NCBI GenBank assembly: GCA_048213135.1
Contig: PS015183.1
Span: 80,241 to 129,206, forward strand
Origin: Reclinomonas americana ATCC 50394
Taxonomy: Eukaryota
Direction of reading: 5' to 3'
DNA: 48,966 nt
Position numbers and translations under genes: made by a program
Notes under the pieces: model-generated
Database searches by the model: none
Told to the model about the DNA's origin: nothing
Seen by the model: only the letters and a program-made list of their open reading frames with translations
Shown: one piece after another, positions 12,978 through 24,708 of the stretch
Layout: each line of letters begins with the position of its first letter
How positions within the stretch are numbered: position 1 is the first letter of the stretch

Positions 12978-15494
12978 TCACTCAACCACTTGCGTAAACT
13001 GCCCGCACGCCTCGCGCAACGCACGCATGCCATCGTACACTTCCTGCGCGGTTGGCCGGTCGCGCCGCATGCTCATGCACCGCAGTCCGAGGTCAAACAT
13101 GGGTTCGACAATGCGCGGCGTCCACTCGACACCGCCTGCGGCATCCACGAGCTCCATCGGACGCAGAGCATCAGGGGAGCGATCCCACGTATACGACCAC
13201 TCGCGAACGGCGGAAGTGGGCTTGCCAGTCACAAGCTGCACAAGGACAATCCCCATGGCAAATACATCGCTTTCCCGCTTTGGACTTCTGGAGTGCATGT
13301 GGAGCGGGTCCATATAGTCCAACGTACCGGCGGCAGTGGTTGTCTGTGGGTAGATAAGAGGAGGCAGTCAGCATGAGCACAGCAGAATGGTTTGGCAGAT
13401 TCGCGAGAGCTTGCACACTTTGCCATCCACAACAGATCGCGCGATGCCAAAGTCGCCGAGACATGGCTGTAGGCGGTGGTCAAGCATAACGTTGGAGGGC
13501 TTGATGTCGCGGTGTACAATCTCGTTCTGCATCAGGCTCCAGTGACACAGTGCTATGTGATAGTAACAAAGAATCGCAGCCTCACAGACCTCGTGCAGGA
13601 ATGCCACGGCCTCAGCCAATCCGAGACCAATTTGCACACGCTGCACGACAGAGAGCGGATTGCGGCCGGAAACGAGTGGCAGCAGGAGTAGGTCTTCCAA
13701 GTTGGGGACTCTGCACGTGCTCATCGTCAAGTCGTCAAATAGGCAAACCAGATGCAAGAGTGAACGAGGCACGCACTCGAGGGCTTTGTACACGAGGCAA
13801 CGCGCCTTGTCGTCGCCCACTGCGTAGCCAAGGAGCGGGACTAGGCGACGGTGGCGCAGACGACCAAGCGTTCTGACCTGCCGAGGGAATGAGAAGATTT
13901 AGAAAACGATATCGGGCGAGAAGGAAAACTGACCTCGCTCTCAAATGAAGACAGCGACCAGGGCGCGGACGAGTCGAGAACCTTGATGGCCACATGCATC
14001 TCACGAAGCAGGGTGATGAAGACGGTTCCCTGACCGCCTTCACCGACCTTCAGGCTAGGCGAAAAGGAATTGGTAGCCTGTACAATCTCGGGCCATTCGA
14101 AGCACTGTACCGAGGTGTCGACTGCGGCAGCAGAAAAGGTGAATGCCGAGACACGTGCACATGCGTACAAAGCGATGTCAAAACCTTGTGCGAGGAGGAG
14201 TTCGTGGCGGAGCTGAGAGACGAGTAAATTGCTCTCATCCAGTCGTCGTTGGCATTCCAGAAGCTGGCCCCCCATGGCTGCCAGACGTGCAGTAAGCTCG
14301 TCGTTCTCGCGCAGGACCGAGCAAAGCTGATCGTTTGTCGCATGAAGTTCGAGGGCCTGCTGTTGCGAAACTAGTTCCGTTGTTGCCAGTTGTTGACGAA
14401 CGGTGGCGAGTTCAGCGACCACGGCATCCTGCTGTTGACGTGACTTGATACGCTCTGCTTCGACTTCAGCGGCAAGCTGATCGCGCTCTGCGCGCAGTCG
14501 CGTCTCCAACTGGCTGGCAGCAGCGCGCTCCGTTTTCAATTGTGCATCGAGGGTGGTGGACCGAGAGGTTTCTTCTCGCAATCGCGTTTCGAGTTCGGCA
14601 AGGCGCGTTACATTCGCTGGCTCTGGCAGAGCGGGGTAACGCAACGGTGGTGACTGATGCATGAAAGGAGAAGGATATGAGCTTTAACGAGACACGGTAA
14701 TCGCTGCACACGGACTCACCGGCTCAATTGGTGGTGGAGGGAGACCTTCATCTCGCGGTCTTGCTACGGACGACGGTGCACCCACCACGGCATCAGCAGA
14801 CGCCGAAGTGCCCGCGGCCGAGGGTTTCGTGAAAACGGGCGGATCCGACGAGAAGACCGTCGACAGCTGCTGTACGAGCTTGGAGAGTGTGGACGTCCGC
14901 GAATACTCTGACAAGTACAGATGATACACGCGACCATCTCTGTCGACATGCCGATGCTTTTCCACAATTAGCATGTTGGACGTCGGCGTTACGTACACCA
15001 CCGGTGGCTGCGATGGAAAGTTTTCCGGAATCCAGATGTTGATAGGCAGATTGTACTGCGTTGAAGCATAGAACATGGGAACGGTGCCGTCCAGAAGAAG
15101 CAACAGGGCGTCAGAGCCGTCCTCACGGACTGATATGATAGGAGAGGGAGAGAGAGAGAGAGAGAGAGAGAGTGACAGATCAGTATGAGAGTGCATTCAT
15201 CTCACGCCCATTCTTCGCACTGTGCTCACCAAGTTCACTCACATTGGGTGTGAGGGATGGGTAAATGCGACACACATTCTGCACCTCGATCTTCACATGC
15301 TCACGATTCGGGTATGGATAAGCCTGCAACACACACACACACACACGCACACGCACACGCACACGCACACGCACACGCACACGCACACAAAACACAGGCA
15401 ACATTCATGAGACGTGTGCACGTTCAGCCACACGCGTGCACAGACAACCACAGGAACATCACGCAACTCGGTCCAACAGCCTGTCAAGAGACAT
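12978..15494 (-). CDS. UEV (TSG101/Vps23-like) - Pro-rich - coiled coil - IRAK/Pelle/RLK-like Ser/Thr kinase fusion protein
   Basis: UEV: LDGTVPMFY...YNLPINIWIPENFPSQPPVVYVTPTSNM...HVDRDGRVY. Kinase: FEWPEIVQATNSFS..VGEGGQGTVF, VAIK, CLVY, HRDIKPSN, DFG, GTLDYMDP, SDVFAMG. All exons join in frame. Confidence 0.9.
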
Positions 15495-15885
15495 GTTTTG
15501 CGGTGCAACAGACAACTGACGACAGCAAGCGCCGGGGTTTCACCTATCGTCAGGCTTTGTTTTGTGCTGTGTCCTTGAGTCCTCCGTCCCACCTCCACCC
15601 ATATCACACGCAACGGTCCCTCTCACGACGGTNNNNNNNNNNNNNNNNNNNNNNNNNNNNNNNNNNNNNNNNNNNNNNNNNNNNNNNNNNNNNNNNNNNN
15701 NNNNNNNNNNNNNNNNNNNNNNNNNNNNNNNNNNNNNNNNNNNNNNNNNNNNNNNNNNNNNNNNNNNNNNNNNNNNNNNNNNNNNNNNNNNNNNNNNNNN
15801 NNNNNNNNNNNNNNNNNNNNNNNNNNNNNNNNNNNNNNNNNNNNNNNNNNNNNNNNNNNNNNNNNNNNNNNNNNNNNNNNNNNNN

Positions 15886-16337
15886 TGGACACCACAGTGC
15901 GAGTGTGGTCGCTGGCGAGCGGAGACGAGGTGCGACGGCTGGAGGGCCTCTCTGCAGTGGTGAACGCTGTCGCCGTCACTTTCGATGGTCAGCGCTTTGT
16001 GAATGGGAGCGGAGACGGCACGGTGTGTGTGCGGTCACTGGAGGATGGAGAGGAGTTGCGACGGTTGGTGGGACACTCGGGAGTGGTGAACTCCGTCGCC
16101 GTCTCTCCCGACGGTCAGTGGGTTGTGAGTGGGAGTGACGACAAGACTGTGCGAGTGTGGCCCACGCCGCGCGGGCTTGCCACACAAGAGCTTGCAGCCG
16201 CTCGTTCGGCCGTGCGGGCCATCGACGAGCTGATCGGCGAGGAGGCTGACGGCGACTGGGTTCTCGTCGATGTCGTGTTGCGGTGCTTTGTGTTGGAGGA
16301 TGCAGAAGTGCTCGCGCGCCGTGCGCTTCCGTGGTGA
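15886..16337 (+). CDS. WD40-repeat protein, array copy 1 (3' part; 5' in gap)
   Basis: VRVWSLASGDEVRRLEG...GHSGVVNSVAVSPDGQWVVSGSDDKTVRVW followed by a helical tail ending ARRALPW*. Confidence 0.88.
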
Positions 16338-16559
16338 GTGGCGAATAAACAAGTGACTGTTTGCAGGTTGTGTCGGGCACCAAATCTCCCAACGGTGCAC
16401 TCAGGGAACAGGAGGTGCGCCTGTCTAGTTGCAACCAGACACGAGCACACACACACACACAAGTCACAGAACACAGCAGTTGCGGAGAGGAAGGGCGAGA
16501 GGAGGAACGGCGGAGACAAAGCAATGGTCACCGCCGTAGCCAGGTAAGCGACATGCATG

Positions 16560-17980
16560 TCACTTGGTGTCGTCGAGCTGGGCGAACAGATCCACCCGCT
16601 TCGCCTCAAGCTCACGCAGACGCTGTCGCACAAGAGCGAGGTCGGCCTCGTACGTCTCGTCGCGATTGCCGCGCGCCAGCAGTGTCGCCTCCTGCACAAG
16701 ACGCTCGCTGATCTGGACTTGAACGTCGTGGATGTGTGTGTGGAGTATTTCGCGCTGCACAGCAACAAGCATGTCAGTACGTCACTTTAGTGCAGCGAGC
16801 ACGTGGTCTGTTACAAACCAGTTGCATCTTGGCTGCCGCCGTCTCCAACTTGGCTGCCGCCGTCTCCAACTTGGCTGTCGCCGTCTCCAACTTGGCCTCG
16901 AGCTCCTGTATGCGCCGATTGGCCATCAACAGTTCCTGCACTTGACGTAGGGCGCACACAGCGATCATCGACAATGAGTGCCTCCATATCACACAAATAG
17001 TGCACATCAAGTCTCACACTTACATGGTCGCGATCGCCCACCTGCGCACACGCACAAAAAGGGTGGTGCGAGTCAGCAATGTATCCATCAAATCACCACG
17101 TCCGCGCCACCAACTCACCGTCTTGGTCAACTCCTGCCAGACGTTGCAAAACTCGAAAATCAAAAAAACCGACAGCCCACTGATACATGCAGGCGTGAGC
17201 TCAGCACTATCTCCCACTCACCTGCACACGGGCAGCATTGACGTTAGCCTTGGCCAGCTGCATCACACCCCGGGAAGAATTCGAAATGAAGGCCAGTGAG
17301 AACACTCAACAATATCTCTGCATGTCACTCAGATGGGAACCTCCTCACACCCTGCATGCGAGCACCTCTCTCCCTCTCTGACGAGTGATAATAAAGCCAT
17401 GACAGTGTGAAAAAATGTGCTAACAAGGGTCTACATAACGCACTCACACTAGAGTCAGTTCGTCGAGCAAGTCGCCGTCGCTTACCATGCCCCGACCCTC
17501 CAGCAGTTACGAGCGCACTCTCGTCGAAACGCACACGCCGAACTGCAGTCACGCACAGACAAACACAAGCGAGGTCGAGGTCGAGGTCGACGGCAACCAC
17601 TGCGTTTGACTCCACTGCAGCTGCCTCATCAGTTGCAATTGCAGTCGAGTCGCCGCTATCTTCTGCTTCCAGCACTGCAATCTGCTTCTCGCTGTCACTC
17701 ATGGCTCATCGGTCTTCGTCTCGAACGATGTCTGTTGATCCACTGAACTCCTTTCGACTCCACATCAATGTCGCTCACAACAAAGTGAGAGACAGACAGG
17801 TAGGGAGAGAGAGAGATAGAGAGAGAGAGAGAGGTGATAGTGAACGAGAGAGAGAGAAACAAAGGACTCACTCGCCATCTCCGTCTTCCTCTTGTTCACA
17901 CACACCTCGGTGCACGATCCGAGTCTCATCCACAGTCGCCATCGGCACCATACCAACACTCAGCAATCCACTCCCACTCT
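16560..17980 (-). CDS. Coiled-coil protein with micro-exons, array copy 1 (5' model uncertain)
   Basis: Exons ELTKT, ...IQELEAKLETATAKLETAAAK..., REILHTHIHDVQVQISERLVQEATLL...RELEAKR. Paralogous to copies 2 and 3. Confidence 0.6.
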
Positions 17981-18843
17981 NNNNNNNNNNNNNNNNNNNN
18001 NNNNNNNNNNNNNNNNNNNNNNNNNNNNNNNNNNNNNNNNNNNNNNNNNNNNNNNNNNNNNNNNNNNNNNNNNNNNNNNNNNNNNNNNNNNNNNNNNNNN
18101 NNNNNNNNNNNNNNNNNNNNNNNNNNNNNNNNNNNNNNNNNNNNNNNNNNNNNNNNNNNNNNNNNNNNNNNNNNNNNNNNNNNNNNNNNNNNNNNNNNNN
18201 NNNNNNNNNNNNNNNNNNNNNNNNNNNNNNNNNNNNNNNNNNNNNNNNNNNNNNNNNNNNNNNNNNNNNNNNNNNNNNNNNNNNNNNNNNNNNNNNNNNN
18301 NNNNNNNNNNNNNNNNNNNNNNNNNNNNNNNNNNNNNNNNNNNNNNNNNNNNNNNNNNNNNNNNNNNNNNNNNNNNNNNNNNNNNNNNNNNNNNNNNNNN
18401 NNNNNNNNNNNNNNNNNNNNNNNNNNNNNNNNNNNNNNNNNNNNNNNNNNNNNNNNNNNNNNNNNNNNNNNNNNNNNNNNNNNNNNNNNNNNNNNNNNNN
18501 NNNNNNNNNNNNNNNNNNNNNNNNNNNNNNNNNNNNNNNNNNNNNNNNNNNNNNNNNNNNNNNNNNNNNNNNNNNNNNNNNNNNNNNNNNNNNNNNNNNN
18601 NNNNNNNNNNNNNNNNNNNNNNNNNNNNNNNNNNNNNNNNNNNNNNNNNNNNNNNNNNNNNNNNNNNNNNNNNNNNNNNNNNNNNNNNNNNNNNNNNNNN
18701 NNNNNNNNNNNNNNNNNNNNNNNNNNNNNNNNNNNNNNNNNNNNNNNNNNNNNNNNNNNNNNNNNNNNNNNNNNNNNNNNNNNNNNNNNNNNNNNNNNNN
18801 NNNNNNNNNNNNNNNNNNNNNNNNNNNNNNNNNNNNNNNNNNN

Positions 18844-18921
18844 GTTCTCGTCGATGTCGTGTTGCGGTGCTTTGTGTTGGAGGATGCAGAGGTGCTCGCG
18901 CGCCGTGCGCTTCCGTGGTGA
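18844..18921 (+). CDS. WD40-repeat protein, array copy 2 (C-terminal tail only; rest in gap)
   Basis: VLVDVVLRCFVLEDAEVLARRALPW* is near-identical to 16260-16337. Confidence 0.75.
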   Translation, partial: VLVDVVLRCFVLEDAEVLARRALPW

Positions 18922-19170
18922 GTGGCGAATAAACAAAGTGACTGACTGTAGCTCATGTCGGGCACCAAATCTCCCAATGGTGTACTCGGAAACAGGAGGT
19001 GCGCCTGTCTAGTTGCAACCAGACACGAGCACAATCACAAGAAGTCACAGAACACAGCAGTTGTGGGGAGGAAGGGCGAGAGGAAGAACGGCGGAGACAA
19101 AGAAACTATCACCGCCGTCGCGCTGGTCGCCAGGCAAGCGACGAGCGACTTGGTGGCTCGCTCACGCACG

Positions 19171-21669
19171 TCACTCACTGCCGGCAAGCTGGGAGATCAG
19201 ATGCTCTCGCTTCGCCTCAAGCTCACGCAGACGCTGCCGCACGAGAGCGAGGTCGGCCTCGTACGTCTCGTCGCGCTTGCCGCGCGCCAGCAGTGTCGCC
19301 TCCTGCACAAGACGCTCGCTGATCTGGACTTGAACGTCGTGGAGCTTCGAGCTGGTGTGGAGCACTTCGCGCTGCACAGCAACAAGCATGTCAGTACATT
19401 ACTTTNNNNNNNNNNNNNNNNNNNNNNNNNNNNNNNNNNNNNNNNNNNNNNNNNNNNNNNNNNNNNNNNNNNNNNNNNNNNNNNNNNNNNNNNNNNNNNN
19501 NNNNNNNNNNNNNNNNNNNNNNNNNNNNNNNNNNNNNNNNNNNNNNNNNNNNNNNNNNNNNNNNNNNNNNNNNNNNNNNNNNNNNNNNNNNNNNACGGTG
19601 GAAGTGGATTGTTGAGTGTTGGTATGGTGCCGATAGCGACTGTGGATGAGACTCGGATCGTGCACCGAGGTATGTGTGAACAAGAGGAGGGAAGAAGGAG
19701 ATGGCGAGTGAGTCCTTTGTTTCTCTCTCTCTCTCTCGTTCACTATCACCTCTCTCTCTCTCTCTCTATCTCTCTCTCCCTACCTGTCTGTCTCTCACTT
19801 TGTTGTGAGCGACATTGATGTGGAGTCGAAAGGAGTTCAGTGGATCAACAGACATCGTTTGGTTTTCTATTCGAAGAGCAAAGAGCCATGAGTGACAGCG
19901 AGAAGCAGATTGCAGAGTTGGAGGCGGAGGAGGGCAGCAGCTCGACTGCGACTGATGAGACGTCAGTGGGGTCGGATGAGGTGCGTTGACTGTTGTTGCT
20001 TGTGTGTGTCTGCAGTGCGGCGAGTGCGTTTCGACGAGAGTGCGCTAGTAGCTGCTGGAGGGTCGGGGCGTAGTAAGCGACGACGACGTAGTCGGCTATC
20101 ACGACGAACTGACTCTGGTGTTTGTCAATCACGGCGTGCACAGTCGTCCAAGTCGGTGAGTGTGTGCTTGTCGCTGGTTAATGCGTTATGTAGACCCCAT
20201 GAGAGCACTTTTTTCACACTTTTTATGACTTTCATGGCTCTATTATCACTTGTCAGAGAAAGGGAGAGAGGGTGGTAGAGAAGGGCGCATGGAGGGTGTG
20301 AGGAGGTTCCCATGTGACATGCAAAGAAATTGTTGTGTTCTCACAATGCTGCACTTTCTTCCTGGGGTGTGATGCAGTTGGACGAGATCGACGTCAATGC
20401 TGCCCGTGTGCAGGTGAGTGGAAGATAGTGCTGAGCTCATGCCTGCATGTATCAGTGGGCTGTCGGTTTTTTTGATTTTCGAGGTTTGCAACGTCTGGCA
20501 GGAGTTGACCAAGACGGTGAGTTGGTGGCGCGGACGTGGTGATTTGATGGATATATTGCTGACTCGCACCACCCTTTCTGTACGTGTGCACAGCTGAGCG
20601 ATAGCAACAAAGTAAGTGTGAGACTTGATGTGCACTCTTTTTTGTGTGATATGGAGGCACTCATTGTCGATGATCGCTTTGTGCGCCCTACGTCGAGTGC
20701 AGGAAGTCGAGGTGTTGACGGCCAAGCTGCACATAAAGGAGCTCGAGGCCAAGTTGGAGACGACGACTGCCAAGATGCGCCTGCAGGAGCTCGAGTCCAA
20801 GTTGCGCGAGCAGGAGTTGCAGGCCAAGCTGGTTTGTAAAACTACGTGCACATAAATGCTCGCTGCATTNNNNNNNNNNNNNNNNNNNNNNNNNNNNNNN
20901 NNNNNNNNNNNNNNNNNNNNNNNNNNNNNNNNNNNNNNNNNNNNNNNNNNNNNNNNNNNNNNNNNNNNNNNNNNNNNNNNNNNNNNNNNNNNNNNNNNNN
21001 NNNNNNNNNNNNNNNNNNNNNNNNNNNNNNNNNNNNNNNNNNNNNNNNNNNNNNNNNNNNNNNNNNNNNNNNNNNNNNNNNNNNNNNNNNNNNNNNNNNN
21101 NNNNNNNNNNNNNNNNNNNNNNNNNNNNNNNNNNNNNNNNNNNNNNNNNNNNNNNNNNNNNNNNNNNNNNNNNNNNNNNNNNNNNNNNNNNNNNNNNNNN
21201 NNNNNNNNNNNNNNNNNNNNNNNNNNNNNNNNNNNNNNNNNNNNNNNNNNNNNNNNNNNNNNNNNNNNNNNNNNNNNNNNNNNNNNNNNNNNNNNNNNNN
21301 NNNNNNNNNNNNNNNNNNNNNNNNNNNNNNNNNNNNNNNNNNNNNNNNNNNNNNNNNNNNNNNNNNNNNNNNNNNNNNNNNNNNNNNNNNNNNNNNNNNN
21401 NNNNNNNNNNNNNNNNNNNNNNNNNNNNCCCCGTCGTCAGTCTCGCCGTCACAACCTTGCTGATTGCTTCGCACACTCTCCACCACCATCACCACTCGAA
21501 CTCCCGATAATGACACATCATCGTCATCATCACCACCACCGGTTCCACCAGCATCAGTCTTCTCGTCGCGCCCGCCTCTCCTTCCGCCTTCTCCTCCTGC
21601 TCCTTCTCCACAACCCTCACCGTCGCAAACACTGAAACGGTGATTAATGGTGGCCACCTCTGCCGCCAT
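19171..21669 (-). CDS. Coiled-coil protein, array copy 2 (middle contig 19595-20869 assembled in inverted orientation)
   Basis: Last exon REVLHTSSKLHDVQ...AGSE* (-). Micro-exons and the EVEVLTAKLHIKELEAKL exon lie on + in the inverted contig. The 5' part at 21429-21669 is on -. Confidence 0.6.
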
Positions 21670-22000
21670 TATACTCGCTACGAGGAGCAGCACACACGCC
21701 GCAGCGACTGATGACAACACGCGCTGAAGCAACGAATACACAGTGCCCTCACAACACACAGCAGAAACAAGCACTGCGTGATTGATCACGCTGGATGGGT
21801 AGGAGGAAGTGATTTGAGAAGGACGGCGAGGACGGAAGTGATGCCACGGGGTGCGTCGTTATTATAAAGCCTTGTGCAGCATAGTAGCTTTCGAGGGAGA
21901 GCAACGTGTGCTTGGACGCCCTGACAAGGAGAATCAGCCGATCGCACAAGCTTGTACCACTGTTCACGCGTACGTACGTCGACGTCGATAAATATCGCGT

Positions 22001-22022
22001 ACGACAGTGCGCGCTCTGTCGT
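22001..22022. promoter_or_regulatory. Near-perfect 22-bp palindrome in divergent intergenic region
   Basis: ACGACAG-T-GCGCGC-T-CTGTCGT. An identical copy is at 25052-25073. Confidence 0.4.
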
Positions 22023-22181
22023 GTAGGTGCGTGACAGTCATCGTATCAGACGACCCAGTTGACTCAACGTGAGCCTCGGTCGATGGAGGGCACTCTTTGC
22101 GTCACTGTGGCGCCGCGTGTCCTTTGCCTGTCATGTCTCTGCACACCGACACGCATTCCCTCGCATTCTCTGCAGAACAGC

Positions 22182-23145
22182 ATGCCGGCAGAGGTGTGTG
22201 TGATACATGGGTGCTGTTGTCTCCTTCTCTCCTCGTGTGTCCATCTCTTTCCTTCTCCGTGTCTGTGACTGCTTCCATGCATCTGACTTTGCCTTTCCCT
22301 TCTCTCTGTCCTCGCCCACACAGGTCTTGGAGGGACATGCGTCTGGCGTGTGGACAGTCACCGTCACCCCCCGACGGCCAGCACATTGTGAGTGGTGGCG
22401 ACCACACCATTCTTGTGTGGTCTGCGACGAGTGGCGAAGTGGTGCGGCGGCTGAATGGCCACACCGACGCGGTGATGTCTGTCGCTGTCACTCGCGACGG
22501 TCAGCACGTTGTGAGCGGCAGTTATGACAACACTATGCGTCTGTGGTCGCTGGCGAGTGGACGGGAAGTGCGACGGTTCGAGGGCCACACTCGCGGGGTG
22601 CGATCGCAGCGGTCGCCATCACTGCCGATGGTCGGTTCATCGTGAGTGGGAGCCATGACAACGGAGCGCGAGTGTGGTCGTTGGCAAGTGGAGAAGAGTT
22701 GCGACAAATGAAGGGACACACTGCATGGGTGCAGTCTGTTGCGATCGCTCCCAACGACGAGTTCGTCGTGAGCGGCAGTGCAGACAGGACTGTGCGAGTG
22801 TGGTCGCTGGCGAGCGGTGAGGAAGTGCGCCGGTTGGAGGGTCACACGGGAGTGACGTGGTCGGTCACAGTCACCCCCGATGGTGAGCACATTGTGAGCG
22901 CGGGTGGATACGACAACACAGTGCGAGTGTGGTCACTGGCGAGTGGAGAGGAGGTGCGACGGTTGGAGGGTCACACTTCGAGTGTGGTGGCTGTCGCCGT
23001 CACATTCGATGGTCAGTGGATTGTGAGTGGGAGCGGAGACGACACGGTGCGAGTGTGGTCGCTGGCGAGTGGAGAGGAGGTGCGACGATTTGAGGGACAT
23101 ACAGATCCGGTGTTGTCTGTCGCCGTCTCTCCCGACGGTCAGTGG
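22182..23145 (+). pseudogene. WD40-repeat gene, array copy 3; two frameshifts (pseudogene or homopolymer errors); 3' end in gap
   Basis: About 7 WD40 repeats of ~126 nt spread over three ORF segments. Frame changes at the C6 run ~22366-22371 and the G4 run ~22595-22598. Confidence 0.7.
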
Positions 23146-23165
23146 NNNNNNNNNNNNNNNNNNNN

Positions 23166-24708
23166 AGTGCAGCGAGCATTTATGTGCACGTAGTTTTACA
23201 AACCAGCTTGGCCTGCAACTCCTGCTCGCGCAACTTGGACTCGAGCTCCTGCAGGCGCATCTTGGCAGTCGTCGTCTCCAACTTGGCCTCGAGCTCCTTT
23301 ATGTGCAGCTTGGCCACCTCGACTTCCTGCACTCGACGTAGGGCGCACACAGCGATCATCGACAATGAGTGCCTCCATATCACACAAAGAGTGCACATCA
23401 AGTCTCACACTTACATGGTCGCGATCACTCAGCTGCATGCACGCACAGAAAGGGTGGTGCGAGTCAGCAATGTATCCATCAAATCATCGCGCGGACGTCA
23501 ACGACTCACCGTCTTGGTCAACTCCTGCGAGACGTTGCAAACCTCGAAAATCAAAAAAACCGACAGCCCACTGATACGTGCACGCGTGAGCTCAGCGCAA
23601 TCTATCACTCACCTGCACACGGGCAGCATTGACATCGATCTTGTCCAACTGCATCACACCCCAGGAAGAAAGTGAAGGCCAGTGAGATCACTCAACAATA
23701 TATCTGCACACAGATGGGAACCTCCTCACACCCTGCATACGCTCTTCTCTACCACCCTCTCTCCCTTTCTCTGACAAGTGATAATAGAGCCATGAAAGTC
23801 ATAAAAAGTGTGAAAAAAGTGCTCTCATGGGGTCTACATAACGCATTAACCAGCGACAAGCACACACTCACCGACTTGGACGACTGTGCACGCCGTGATT
23901 GACAAACACCAGAGTCAGTTCGTCGTGATAGTCGACTACGTCGCCGTCGCTTACCACGCCCCGACCCTCCAGCAGCTACTAGGGCACTCTCGTCGAAACG
24001 CACACGCCGAACTGCAGTCACGCACAGACAAACACAAGCGAGGTCGAGGTCGACGGCAACCACTGCGTTTGACTCCACTGCAGCTGCCTCATCAGTTGCA
24101 ATTGCAGTCGAGTCGCCGCTATCTTCTGCTTCCAGCACTGCAATATTAATCTGCTTCTCGCTGTCACTCATGGCTCATCAGTCTTCGACAAGACAACCAA
24201 ACGATGTCTGTTGATCCACTGAACTCCTTTCGACTCCACATCAATGTCGCTCACAACAAAGTGAGAGACAGACAGGTAGGCAGAGAGAGAGAGAGAGATA
24301 GAGAGAGAGAGAGGTGATAGTGAATGAGAGAGAGAGAAACAAAGGACTCACTCGCGACCTCCTCCTACCCTCCTCATGTTCACACATACCGCGGTGCACG
24401 ATCCGAGTCTCATCCACAGTCGCCATCGGCACCATACCAACACTCAACAATCCACTTCCACCGTCCCCGTCGTCAGTCTCGCCGTCACAACCTTGCTGAT
24501 TGCTTCGCACACTCTCCACCACCACCATCACCACTGGAACTCCCGATAATGACACATCATCGTCATCATCACCACCACCGGTTCCACCGGCATCAGTCTT
24601 CTCGTCGCACCCGCCTCTCCTTCCGCCTTCTCCTCCTGCTCCTTCTCCACAGCCCTCACCATCGCAAACACTGAAACTGTGATTAATGGTGGCCACCTCT
24701 GCCGCCAT
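23166..24708 (-). CDS. Coiled-coil protein, array copy 3 (last exon in gap; 5' model uncertain)
   Basis: MSDSEKQ..., RRVRFDES, micro-exons and EVEVAKLHIKELEAKLETTTAKMRLQELESKL are paralogous to copies 1 and 2. Confidence 0.6.

Noticed and set aside
17407-21789. Long ORFs spanning N runs
   Set aside because: Artefacts of gaps lacking stop codons.
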